Source: Setoptus koraiensis (lineage: Eukaryota > Animalia > Arthropoda). Taken from it: a DNA stretch of 64,000 bases. Both the position numbers and the translations under genes were made by a program. The stretch covers positions 9,734,001 through 9,798,000 of the forward strand of contig CM106586.1 of assembly GCA_048013815.1 (NCBI GenBank), read 5' to 3'. Below the pieces are notes generated by a model. That model saw nothing but the letters and a program-made list of their open reading frames with translations. It had not been told where the DNA came from and made no database searches. Of the stretch, positions 24,501 to 35,314 are shown piece after piece (the first letter of the stretch is position 1; the number at the start of each line of letters is the position of its first letter).

Positions 24501-25793
24501 TTTGTATGTTTTTGTGCGTATTTTTGTTGTTTGCCTCTGTGTCTGGCCGGCTCAGGTGAGACTCGGGTGAACCGCTCAGGTGAGACGCTCGGGCGAGACT
24601 CGAGCGAGACTCGGGCGAAACGCGGCTGAGACTCGGGTGAACCGCTCAGGTGAGACGCTCGGGTGAGAGATTAGCAAATATCCGGCAACGATCGCCGGCC
24701 GGATCGGCAAGCCGGGCAACAAGTGCCAGTGGTCACAGCATTCCCATGGCGCCAATCGGCCGATTGCGGTGTCCGTGCATCGGCCGGCAATGTATTAGTG
24801 GCAATAATCACTGTAATGACCAAGTGAGTGAGTGTTTGCAACAAGCGCAACAAGTGCGACCAGCGCAACTAGCCGCCGAGCCACTTTGGCCACTTTGGCC
24901 ACTCGCAAGAGTGGCCAAAGTGCAAGTGGCCGGCAAGCGAGCAATCAAACGCAATGTTGTAATGCTGTTTAGCTGTTGGGCCTAGGAAGAGCGCACTGGG
25001 ATGTCGCATTAGCAAATAATAAATTCAAACGGCCAATGCCAATTTAAATTGCCCATCGGCCGTCGACATATCATGTCTAGTGCCTGTTGGCATGTGCCAA
25101 TGCCTTTCAACATGCGACTGGCATAATATAACTTTTACCTTTCCAGTTATATCATCACACATCAGCTTGTGTTATGAAGCTAAAAAGTTGACCACTGGTC
25201 GAATTGCCGGCTGGAAGCGCAAATGATACCGGTAAACAAATGATAAATAATCAACTCTCATTAGCCGCTCTCTCGTTTCGTCTGTTCAACAGACTCTGAT
25301 TGTTATCGTCGTATTATTGTTGTCGTATTATTGTTGGCGTGTTATTGTTGGCGTCGCAGAGCCAACATGATGGCGCAAACGATAACGGAAATGATAGATT
25401 GTTTGCTTGTGGGAGTCGACGAGTGATTGATGGCGCGTCCGACTGTCCGACTGTTCGACTGTCCGACAGCGCAAACGCAAACAATGCAACTCGGCGCCCC
25501 TCAAATCGACGGTCTCAAATCGACAGTTTTGAATCGACAGTCTCAAATCGAGAGTCTCAAATTGACAGTCCCAAATTGACAGTCTCAATGCCCGTCTGAA
25601 TCAGCTGACCGATGGCAGCTCTGTGATCGACAACATCGGCGGCCCCATTAGCCTCATCGTACATATTCCATCTATCTCATATCTAGCCCATGTTAGCATC
25701 GTAATACGATGCGTCGTATGCGTCACTATCTCGGCCCCACTAACCTCGTCCAATCTTGTCGCCCCATGTGCAATTATGCGCGCCATTATTCAG

Positions 25794-25873
25794 TCATCCT
25801 TTTGGACACCACAACCCAGGACTCGCTCGACTGGACCCATCACCCCAGCGGAACGTCGTCGCGCACCCAGGGC
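25794..25873 (+). CDS. Eph: Eph receptor, first resolved coding exon (start of ephrin-binding domain, (V/I)ILLDTTTQDSLDWTHHPSGTSSRTQG)
   Basis: CACTAAC branch point 25738-25744, first downstream AG is CAG 25791-25793, donor GTAAGT at 25874. Phase 1 to 0, in frame with the next exon. Matches the Eph N-terminal VxLLDT...L.W motif. Confidence 0.88.
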
Positions 25874-26084
25874 GTAAGTATACCTTTCACAGCTGATTTC
25901 GCTGCGAGCTCTCTCGTGTCCCGTGTTGACATGTGTCAGGCTTGTGTCAGGCGCCGGTCAGCTGACTCGTGACAAGCTCTGTCGAGTGCGACACGTGACA
26001 AGCGCCGGTCAGCCGACTCGTGTCGTTGCTAATTGTCAGCTGTTGCTCTCTAATAACTCTCTCCCTCTCTCGCTCTCAAATGAA

Positions 26085-26168
26085 TATCAAATCAACATCA
26101 AATCACCGTCAAATCAACATCAAATCACCGTCAAATCAACATCAAATCACCGTCAAATCACCGTCAAA
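26085..26168. repeat. 22-bp AG-free tandem repeat (AAATCAACATCAAATCACCGTC) between the pyrimidine tract and the acceptor of the LBD exon
   Basis: About 3.5 copies. Confidence 0.9.
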
Positions 26169-26186
26169 CTGTTGCGTCACCCGCAG

Positions 26187-26907
26187 TGGATCGAGGAGTC
26201 TTTCACAAACTTTGAGAGCGGCATCAATTGGCGCACCTTCGTCGTGTGCGACGTCGCCCACAAGAGCGTCAACAATTGGCTTTGGACACCCTACATAGAG
26301 CGCGGAAACGCCAACCGTCTCTACATAGAGATCCGCTTTTCTATGCGCGATTGCAACCTGTTTCCGGGCACCGCGCTGTCGTGCAAGGAAACCTTTTCGC
26401 TGCTGTACAAAGAATTGGATCAGCCCGTGCACGCCACTGCCCAGCAGCAGCAGCAACCCGACGCCGGCGCCGCCGCCGCAAGTGCCTCATCGTCGAGCGG
26501 CCAAACGGACAGTTACACCCTTATCGATACCATTGCCGCCGACGAGGGTAGATTTTCCGTCAACAAAGAGGTCATCATAAACACAGAAATCCGCTCTATA
26601 CCCGTCACCAAGCGGGGCGTTTATTTTGCCATCCGCGATCAGGGCGCCTGCCTGTCGTTGATCTCAATAAAAGTGTATCACATTCAGTGTCCGCCGGTCA
26701 CCTCGTCGTTTGCCTATTTCAACGTGACGCCCACGGGCAAGGATCTCACATCGCTGGTACAAGTGGAGGGCAAATGCGTCGACAATGCCCAGCCCGTTGA
26801 CCAGCCCCGGCTCATATGCCAGTCGGACGGAAACTGGACCATCATGTCGGGCGGCCAGTGCAAGTGTCTGCCCGGCTACGAGCCCGACGCCCAGTCCGCG
26901 TGTCAAG
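26187..26907 (+). CDS. Eph: Eph exon: ligand-binding domain and start of Cys-rich region (WIEESFTNF...CKCLPGYEPDAQSACQ)
   Basis: Within ORF 25923-27023. Motifs NWLWTPYIER, RDCNLFPG, CKETFSLLY, DTIAADE, GVYFAIRDQGAC. Acceptor CAG 26184-26186, donor GTGAGT 26908. Phase 0 to 1. Confidence 0.97.
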
Positions 26908-27037
26908 GTGAGTACCCATCCGCATATTGTTATTGTCATACTTGCTGTCATGATCGTCCGCTGACCGTTGCATCCACCCCCGCATTCACTGAAAAACCGA
27001 CCGAAAACCGACCGAAAAACTGACCGACCAACCGCAG

Positions 27038-27193
27038 TCTGTCCGCCGGGCAAGTTCAAGTCCGCCAGCGGCGAGCAGCCCTGTCTGGCGTGTCCCGCGC
27101 ACAGCTCCAGCCTGCACCCGGGCTCCACCGAGTGCAAGTGCCACGAAGGCTTCTACCGCGCCGCCAAGGACGCCCGCTCACGCCCATGCACCC
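27038..27193 (+). CDS. Eph: Eph exon: EGF-like/Cys-rich region (VCPPGKFKS...CKCHEGFYRA...PCT)
   Basis: 156 nt, CAG 27035-27037, GTAAGT 27194, phase 1 to 1, typical Eph CxxCPxxS/CxCxxGFYR pattern. Confidence 0.96.
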
Positions 27194-27328
27194 GTAAGTA
27201 CAAGCGCGACGCGCGCCAAAGTGACCGCAAATCACTATAAATAAATCAATATCACTGTATGCTCATATGAATGTGAACACAATTAATTAATGAAAAATTA
27301 CGCAATATGCCCGGTAACCGCTAATCAG

Positions 27329-27667
27329 AGCCGCCCTCGGGACCCGTGAACCTGTCCGCGAGCTACGTAGACTCGTCGGCCGTGGTGCTGGTGTGGCAGG
27401 CGCCCAAGTATCTGGGCGGCCGCAACGACACCACCTACAAGGTCGTTTGCGACAATTGCGACCAATCCATGGCCACCTATTCGCCAAATCAATTAAGCAA
27501 TTTCAGTGAGACCAGATGCGTCATATCGGGCCTGTTGCCCGCAACCAGCTACAGATTCACCGTGTTCGCCCTCAACGGAGTGTCCGGCTACGACAAGGCC
27601 CAGTCGGCGGAAGTGCTCGTGCAAACCGGCCCGGCGCAACAATCGAGCATCATGTCGGCCAGCAAAC
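27329..27667 (+). CDS. Eph: Eph exon: first fibronectin type III domain (QPPSGPVNL...YRFTVFALNGVS...)
   Basis: 339 nt, CAG 27326-27328, GTAAGT 27668, phase 1 to 1. FN3 motifs W-x-x-P, LxPxTxYxFxVxAxNGVS. Confidence 0.96.
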
Positions 27668-27717
27668 GTAAGTTTCGCCATCTCACAATCTCTTGATATC
27701 TCTTGACATTGACGCTG

Positions 27718-27870
27718 CCATCGTCGGCATCGTCGGCATCGTCGGCATCGTCGGCATCGTTGGCGCCGTTCTCATCGTTTGCATCGTTTACATCGCTGGT
27801 GTGTGCTCGTGCCGCGGCGTCGGGTGCTTGGGCCGCGGCGTCGGGCGTTTGGGCCGCGGCGTCGGGTGCT
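27718..27870. repeat. 9-bp (GGCATCGTC)n then 21-bp (GCCGCGGCGTCGGGYGYTTGG)x3 arrays at the 5' end of an Eph intron
   Basis: Directly visible. Confidence 0.9.
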
Positions 27871-30727
27871 AGTAGCGCACGAGCCGGGCCCCAGAGCAAC
27901 AACAGTTATTGATGATGATCCGGCGGCTAATGATCGCCATTCGCGAACCACTGCAACTGTCACGGATACCTTTTGTGTGGCGCGCCACCAGCGCGCCGTA
28001 AGTGACACTATAACTGCGCGGGTCGGGCGCTCGCAGCGGCCCGAAGCCTCGAGATTCCGTGCCAGCGATTCTGTGCGAGTGCCCGTTCCTTCGAGGGGCA
28101 CTCCGCGCCAGATTCCTGGGCGGATTCTTCGGCAGGCTCTTCGGCGGACTCTTCGGCAGACTCTTCGGCAGATTCTTGGGGCGATTCCTCGCGAGTGAGA
28201 GAGCGAATCAACTTTGACTTGATGGATGATCAACGATCAACGTTTGAGGGGCCCGAACGAGCCCACAATGCGACACAATCGATCGGCTTGTTTAACGGCC
28301 CGGCTTGTCGGGGGCCCGTCGCATGAGTCAGCGCGCACTACGTGACACACGCGCGTTGTCCAATAATAATTGTATAATGCGCACAGAGAGTGACAGAGTT
28401 GAGAGTTGGCAGCGAATTAGATTATCTCTTGTTGTCTTGCTTGGTTGGGGGCATTGACTGAGCGCCGTTGCGGGCGCCCAGCGCAGTTGCATCACGTCCG
28501 TGCGGGGCCCGGCAGACTGTGGCGGGCAGAGGCGACACACGGGACAGGGCAAACAAGTGACTCATTTCTAGATTAGGCGCCCGTTTCATTAGCGACAACA
28601 ACAACAGCGCCATAAGCTGCCAAACGCACCCTTGGGCTAGTGGCCGCTGGCCAGCCCAAATCCACTAGATGCCCATGCCGGATATGTGCCGGGTATGTGC
28701 CGGGTATGGGCTGGATATATTGCCGGCAGACGCCAACTGATATTGTCGGTCTGATAAGGGCGCCGTCTGGCACTACGGCCAGTAAATATAAACATATAGA
28801 TATCGGGCCAGCGAGCCAATAATGACCACGACGATGATGTGCGCTAATTAACTGTGTACGGCGTGCACGTGTAGTGCGCGTACGCGGCACGTTGCTGCAA
28901 TTGGCAATTTCGCTCGTGCCAGCAGCTCTGGCCGTGCCAGCAGCCGCGCCAGCGTGTAATGGACGGTAATTGATGCAATAGGCGCGGTATATTGATGGGT
29001 CATTTGTTATTGTCCGGCCAGCGACAATAACAAGCCACTGGCTGTTTGGCTGGCGCTGCACGTGTTTTCACGTGCCAAAACACGCAAACGTCACACGCAA
29101 ATTGACAGCGCCCAGCGCTAGACACCCAACGCTAGACACCCAACGCTAGACACCTGACGAGCGCCCAAGTAACTGCGCGAGGTACACGAGCTGCTCGTGC
29201 CGGCTCACCGACTCACCGGCGGGCCGGTTGGCCACGAGTCGCCGCCAGGGTAGCTCTGCCCGGGTAACTGCTGGAGTCACTGCCTGGGTAGAGTGAGCGC
29301 GGGCAGAGCGAGCGTGGGCAGAGTGAAAACGGGTAGAGTGAGGGTAGAGTGAGGGTAGAGTGAGGCCGGACAGCGGGAGCGGTGTCGCATATCAGCCGAA
29401 ATTGAGTCTCATTTTTCATGGCTGTCGCTGGCGACTCTCGTCATTGGTGTGCAGCGTGTGCGCGTGTGGGCACGAGTTGGGGCCCCATTGGCGGATTTCT
29501 TCGGGCGCTGCGCGGGCGACGCAACTCTCGACAGTGTCGCCGAGGATGATTTGGCGCGCCAGTGCGTGGCCCATTTATCTCCATTTTAAGATCATTGACA
29601 CGGCGCGCCATTGTTGGCGTTGGGAGCGCACCTATTTGCAGCGGCAGCAACAACAAACGACAATGGTCGTGAGGTTTGTTTGCACGGCGGCTCCGTGGGC
29701 CCGCTGCCAGCGTTCGCTGTTGTCGTTTATGTTAATTTGTTGTTGTGCACCCTCGATGGCGACCGACAACGACAGCGGCACCAACAACGACAACGACAAC
29801 AGCGACAGCGCCAACAACGACAACGGCGACAGACAGCGGCGCCAATAGCGCCCAATGGTCGTTACGCTTGTCGTTATCGATCGCAATTGGCATTAATTAT
29901 TTTGCGCGCCGGCGCAAAACTGTTGCGACGCCTGACATTACATAACCGTGCCAACCGTATAATGCCACTCATGCAAACAAGTCACAAGTATCGCTGTGAG
30001 TTATGCTGTGAGTTATAACTTGCGAGTTATGTAATATATATATGGTGCGATATGATTATCGCAAAGTCGCACGCACAATCATGATTGATGATCGACGCGC
30101 CCACTGACAACTGGTAGCCGGACCGAGTGGCCGTGCGAGCAAAAGTTATAACAGTCAACACTCGTGCTCTCTAATGACTTTGCTATGCAAATTGTGGGCC
30201 AAATCTATATTGTTGTGTATCATCCATACACAGTGTATGGATGGGCCGTTTCCATTGCACTGGTCGGCGGCCGAACAACTGAAGCGCTAATTAGTTTAGC
30301 GCATGAGTTGTTTACCCAAGTCGCTCGGGTCGCTTTAGTGGAGCGGCTTGGGCCCATGTGGGCAACAATTGACAATGACGCAATTTGATGAAACGATCCC
30401 CATTAATCATTCATCTCGTTTGCTCGCCGTTGGCCCGTTCGTTGGGCAAATGGCAAAGGTGCGCCTATGCAACTATTAGTGCCCATGTCGGCTAATGACA
30501 GCCAGTCAGCGAGCGGCTAGTGCCAGTGAGAGAGCTAAGTGAGTGAGTAGCCAAAAGTTGCCAAGATCGCTCGCTTGAGCGCCCACAGTGAGCCAATAAC
30601 GAGCGATCATAATTCATTTCGTTTTCACTCGAGCCATCGCACTTCATTACTGTCGACGACGAGACTAACAAAATTAATCGCTATCGCCCCACTTTTCCCT
30701 CGACTGCGCACCGACCCCATCGGCCAC

Positions 30728-30862
30728 CGACAACAACGACAACCGACAACAACGACAACCGCGGACGACCACGGCGCATCTCGGCAAACTCGACAACAAC
30801 AACAACAACGACAACAACAACGACAACAACATCAACGACGACGACGGCGACGACAACAACTG
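30728..30862. repeat. (CAA/CGA)n array inside the 302-nt AG-free zone of the FN3-2/TM exon acceptor
   Basis: Directly visible. Confidence 0.9.
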
Positions 30863-30967
30863 ACTGTGTGCGCAACAACCGCCTGCAACCCGTAATGAAC
30901 CTGTCATGAACCTGTCATGAACCCGTCGCGAACCCGTCGTGAACCCGCTCCGCTCTTGCAACGACAG

Positions 30968-31993
30968 CGACGAGCGTGCCCAGTCTGCCCCCGCAATCGC
31001 CAGTGATAAACGTGCGCCTACTGAGCGGGGCGCGCAACACCGACATTGTGCTTACGTGGGACGTTATGACAACATCGACACTTGTTAACTCGGCCCAGTC
31101 ACAACTGACAGTTGACAATAGAAGCAGCAGCCCAACAACCACGGCAACAACAGCAACAACAACAACAACAGCCACAGCACTGCAACAACTGCAATCAGCT
31201 GAGCCCGTCTTGTACGAGGTCAAGTATTATCCGCGTTACGCAATATCCGCTGTCAACGGCCAACAACAACAACAGCAACTACCTACTGCCAACAATGCAT
31301 TGCATCATCAGTATCTGAGGCAGGCGCCCACGCAACAACAACAGCAACAACAACAGCAACAACCACTGAACAGTCAGTATTCGCAGGCGCCCATGAGCAT
31401 CACAACAATGGCCAAAACTGTTGCCATTAGCGACCTCAGGCCGCGCGTCGAATATTCGTTTCAAATTCGCGCCAAACTGCCCAACGGCATCTGGTCCAAT
31501 TATACCGAACCCATTCATGAGTCCGTTATACGCGTCAACAGCCTATTGTGGGACACTGCCACGCCCAACAACAACCCGTACACCGCGGGTATGCCCGGCG
31601 ACCCAGCACTGCAGGGCACTGCAACTAATGTTCAGCTAAAACAGCAATACCCGACGCCCGCAAGCGGCGCCACCGCCTGGTTAAGTAGTTTGTTGTTGAT
31701 AATAATAGTGGTGATTGTGTTGGCGGTGTCACTGTTGGCCTACGTCCAATACCGCAAGAACATGTGCATGAACAACGCCTTCGGTACCCTGAGCGCGTAC
31801 GGCGTGTACGGGAGCGGCGCCAGCGCCATAGTGGCCAACGGGGCCACGCTGGCCGGACACACGGGCCAATCGCGGGTGCAAAACTTCATATCGGCCACCG
31901 TGGGCGCGGGCAAGAACAACAGCAAGCTGCGCCACTATCACCAGACCATGATACACCAGGACGACATGTTCAAGTACCGCACCACCAACCAAG
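30968..31993 (+). CDS. Eph: Eph exon: second FN3 domain with low-complexity inserts, stalk, transmembrane helix (LLLIIIVVIVLAVSLLAYV) and proximal juxtamembrane region
   Basis: Within ORF 30976-32139. LYEVKYYP and ISDLRPRVEYSFQIRA FN3 motifs, a 20-aa hydrophobic span. CAG 30965-30967 after a 302-nt AG-free zone, GTGAGT 31994, phase 1 to 1. Confidence 0.92.
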
Positions 31994-32550
31994 GTGAGTT
32001 ACCCCTCCTCCCCCTATTCCTCATATTGCTCCCCCTCGCGCCGGGTCTCCCGTCGACCGGGCGGCCGCAGCGGACGGCGGCGCGCCGGTCGCCCGGTCGT
32101 CGCTCGGGCAGCGCCGACAACGTGTGTCGCGGGCAATGATTAATTGGGGCGATGTTATCGCCTGTTACGCGCCCGTCGCGGCCACTAACCTGAGCGTCGC
32201 CCGAACCGCCGGCCGAAATGTTGCCCGAAATGTTGGCCGAATCTGTTGTTTTGATCGGCGGTTGCGGGCAGCGGATGACGGCGCGAGACTCGCAGCGACA
32301 GCAATTAAAATTATCACAATGTCCCCACTACCTGTCTGGGCGCCGTCCGCTGTCCGCTGATGGCGACCAATGACAGTCAATGAGCGACAGTGTTTAATGG
32401 CGATTTGCGCCAGCCAGTGACACTGGCTATATTTTAATGGGCAGCTCGTATATAATTTCCCTGGCAGCGATGCTATCAGCGCCGGCAAACAATCGCTGGC
32501 CAGCGCAGCGACTGGTTGCACTCGCTTCGAAAAGAATCGGCTTCGCTGCG

Positions 32551-32655
32551 GAGCGATTCTTTGCGCAGCGATTCTTTGCGCAGCGATTCTTTGCGGAGCG
32601 ATTCTTTTTCAAGCGGCGATTCTCTGGACGCGATTCTTCGCGCAGCGATTCTTTT
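32551..32655. repeat. 15-bp GCGATTCTTTGCGCA-type tandem repeat
   Basis: About 6 degenerate copies. Confidence 0.85.
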
Positions 32656-33875
32656 CCAAGCGGCGACCGGCAACTGCTGGCCGTCGGCGCTGTGACCTTG
32701 GTTGCGCGAAGGGACGCTCGGCCATCAATCACCGTGACATAAGCTGCGCCAAATGTCAGCCGGCCACGCTGGCCCGGCACACCGAGAGCCCGAGCGACAA
32801 CCGCACCAGAGCCGGCCATTGTCCTCTGGCGGCAGTCGGCGCGGCGCGCCCGACGCGGCCGAGCGGGTCGCCTTGTAAGCGCTCACATGCCAGCGTAATG
32901 CCAGCATAATACCAGCGTAATGCCAGCATAATACCAGCGTAATACCAGCGTAATATCGGCGCAATACAATGTGCCAGTTGTGTGAGTCGCCAGTCATGTG
33001 AGTTATGTAAGTCGGCTCGCAATGTGTTAATGCTGTGCATTATGTAAATACTATGATGGACGGCGAGCAATTAAAATTAATTAATTACTCGCAATGTTGT
33101 TGTGACACATCCATATTGCGCGCAGTTGTCACTGGCCGCCACCGCCGAGCGAGCTCACCGCCAAACGAGCTCGCCATCGTATGCCGTCGCATACCATTGC
33201 GTAACATTACATACTATTATACGACTTGTATAATACAGGTTCGGCCAGCCGGTGAGCGGCCGGCCGCACCGGTGCCCAGGTAGCCGCCGACAGGTAGCCT
33301 GATGACAAGCGTGTCGGGCAGCCCGAAGTCAGCTGATGGGCCGAAAGTGAGAGTTGGTCAGTGCCAAAGTGTGTGCTGATGAGCCCAATTTGTGTGATGT
33401 GTCCAATCATTGCAATGAGTGCTCAATGAGTGCCCATCGACGCAACACTTTTGAGCTTGCCTTTTGAGCTTGCCAGTCAGCCAGTCAGTCGGCCGGCCAG
33501 CGCGATAATGTTGCCATGCCAACATTATCGCGCTGGGCAACAGGTGACTGGCAGTTCTCAGCTGGCGGATATATCAGCTGTAGCAGATATAGCAGGCAGC
33601 ATGGGCAGGCTTGGCAGATATGTGAGAGATATCAGAAGTATCGGCGATATCCCACTGTGCAACTGTGTTGACCTTTTTGCCTCATCCAATCAGCGACGTT
33701 GTTGTCGGTTGTGCAACTGGCGGCCGGCCAACTGAATTATCATGGTAATATCTTGCCAATCATCGCTTGCAATCGTCCAAAGATCGTCCAGCGATCGTCC
33801 AACGATTGTCCAGCGATCGCGCCAGCGATCGTCCAGCAGCAGCAAACACTGGCCGGCCTCGCACAGCACAAGCGC

Positions 33876-33933
33876 TTACGTAACGCTTACGTAATGGTAT
33901 ATAATGCACACAACTTGTGCCGACATTACGTAA
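33876..33933. promoter_or_regulatory. Three TTACGTAA palindromes (PAR/E4BP4-type bZIP consensus) in 58 bp in an Eph intron
   Basis: TTACGTAA at 33876, 33887 and 33926. Confidence 0.3.
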
Positions 33934-34316
33934 CCGAGAGCCTCACGTAAGTGGACACACAGGTGTGTACAGGTATGTGTGTACAGGTGTATGTGTTATG
34001 TCATGGCAATAATGGCCAGCGTATGCTCATGGCAAGAATGTCACTCGGCGAGCTTATTAATCAGCATGCCGACTATGAATGAACTCGCTGCTGCTGCTGC
34101 CAACTCACGCTGACCAGTGTCAGTGTTTATGTCGGAGTCATTCATTTGCTGCTGGCCGCTCACTGGTCACTAGCAACAGTTTGCGAGTTAATCACTTGTT
34201 TTGTCCGACTGTCTTTGTGCGTATTATATATAAATATAAGTGTGTGAGCCTGTTTATTGACTGCACCAATGTTAAAATAAACAACAACCTGTTGTTGCTG
34301 TTGCTGCTGTTGCTGT

Positions 34317-34346
34317 TGTTGTTGCTGTTGCGCAACAGCAACAACA
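34317..34346. repeat. 30-bp perfect palindrome centred on TTGCGCAA
   Basis: TGTTGTTGCTGTTGC|GCAACAGCAACAACA. Confidence 0.95.
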
Positions 34347-34943
34347 CTGCCAAGTCACCTTGACCAAGCCAACAGCGGCCAATGTTTACAGTTGCATAAT
34401 CGCCAATGCTGCTCATTTGCTCACATGCGCTTCTTGCTTGTTAGTGGGCAGCATAATAAATCAAGATTTGCGCTTCTTTCAATAGCTCAATCAGTTCTCT
34501 CATCTCGTTTCTACTCTTTGCGCGCCTATTCTCAGCTTTCAACTATTACGCAATCTCTCGCAAGCTCCATTACTCACTGACAATACTTGTTGTTAGTGTT
34601 AGTGAGTTTGCGATGCCCACAAACTCACAAACACTATACAACAACAACAACCACCAGCCGTATCCCATAAGGCACCGTGTGTCGGATATTGCGCTGGCCA
34701 GCTTGCTGCATCTGTGCCGCTGGCCGGCCGATCGCACTCATAGCAATACTGTGATGATCCACGCATGAATAGTCCGTGGATGGCATTTGCAGCCAAGCAC
34801 TTATTTATGAATCATTTATGAATCATTCATGAACAACAAGTGCATGAATAACAGCCGCCAATGAATAGTCCCGATCTCATACTCACCTATACTCTTTATC
34901 TCTTCCCATTCTTTGCCTATACTGTCCTTTACTATTACTATTA

Positions 34944-35015
34944 CGCCACTCTAACGCCACTCTAACGCCACTCTAACGCCACTGTTACGCCACTGTTACG
35001 CCGCTGTTGCGCCGC
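34944..35015. repeat. 11-bp CGCCACTCTAA repeat carrying three tandem CTAAC branch-point-like motifs
   Basis: CTCTAACGCCA x3, then CTGTTACGCCA variants. Confidence 0.9.
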
Positions 35016-35248
35016 TATTATGCTCGCTGGCTCCTATTATGACTGTATGACACATATTATGACGTATCATGATGTATTATTGGGTATTATTGCGACGCCA
35101 CCTATGCTACCTGTTGTTGGCCCAACAACCGGTCACGTCGTTGTTTGTTGGCCCTCAACAAATCACAACAATTGACAACTGAACCGATTGTGTGTTATTA
35201 TATCGAATCAAAACGTTATTACATCATATATTATTGTTAAATTGGCAG

Positions 35249-35314
35249 CCAATCTGGTGAACCTTTCGTCGTCCTCGTCAGAGTGCACACCCATCATGTC
35301 CAGCTCGTCTCGCT
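35249..35314 (+). CDS. Eph: Eph 66-nt juxtamembrane exon (ANLVNLSSSSSECTPIMSSSSR)
   Basis: CAG 35246-35248 after a 378-nt AG-free zone, perfect GTAAGT at 35315, symmetric phase 1 to 1, open frame. ECTPIM resembles the TTPLF-type juxtamembrane motif I recall from insect Eph. Confidence 0.8.

Noticed and set aside
213-25600. Many 100-280 aa Arg/Ala/Pro-rich ORFs (e.g. 2629-3462, 14086-14883, 7502-8194)
   Set aside because: Overlapping in several frames, often GTG/TTG starts, no motifs; expected in GC-rich stop-poor DNA.
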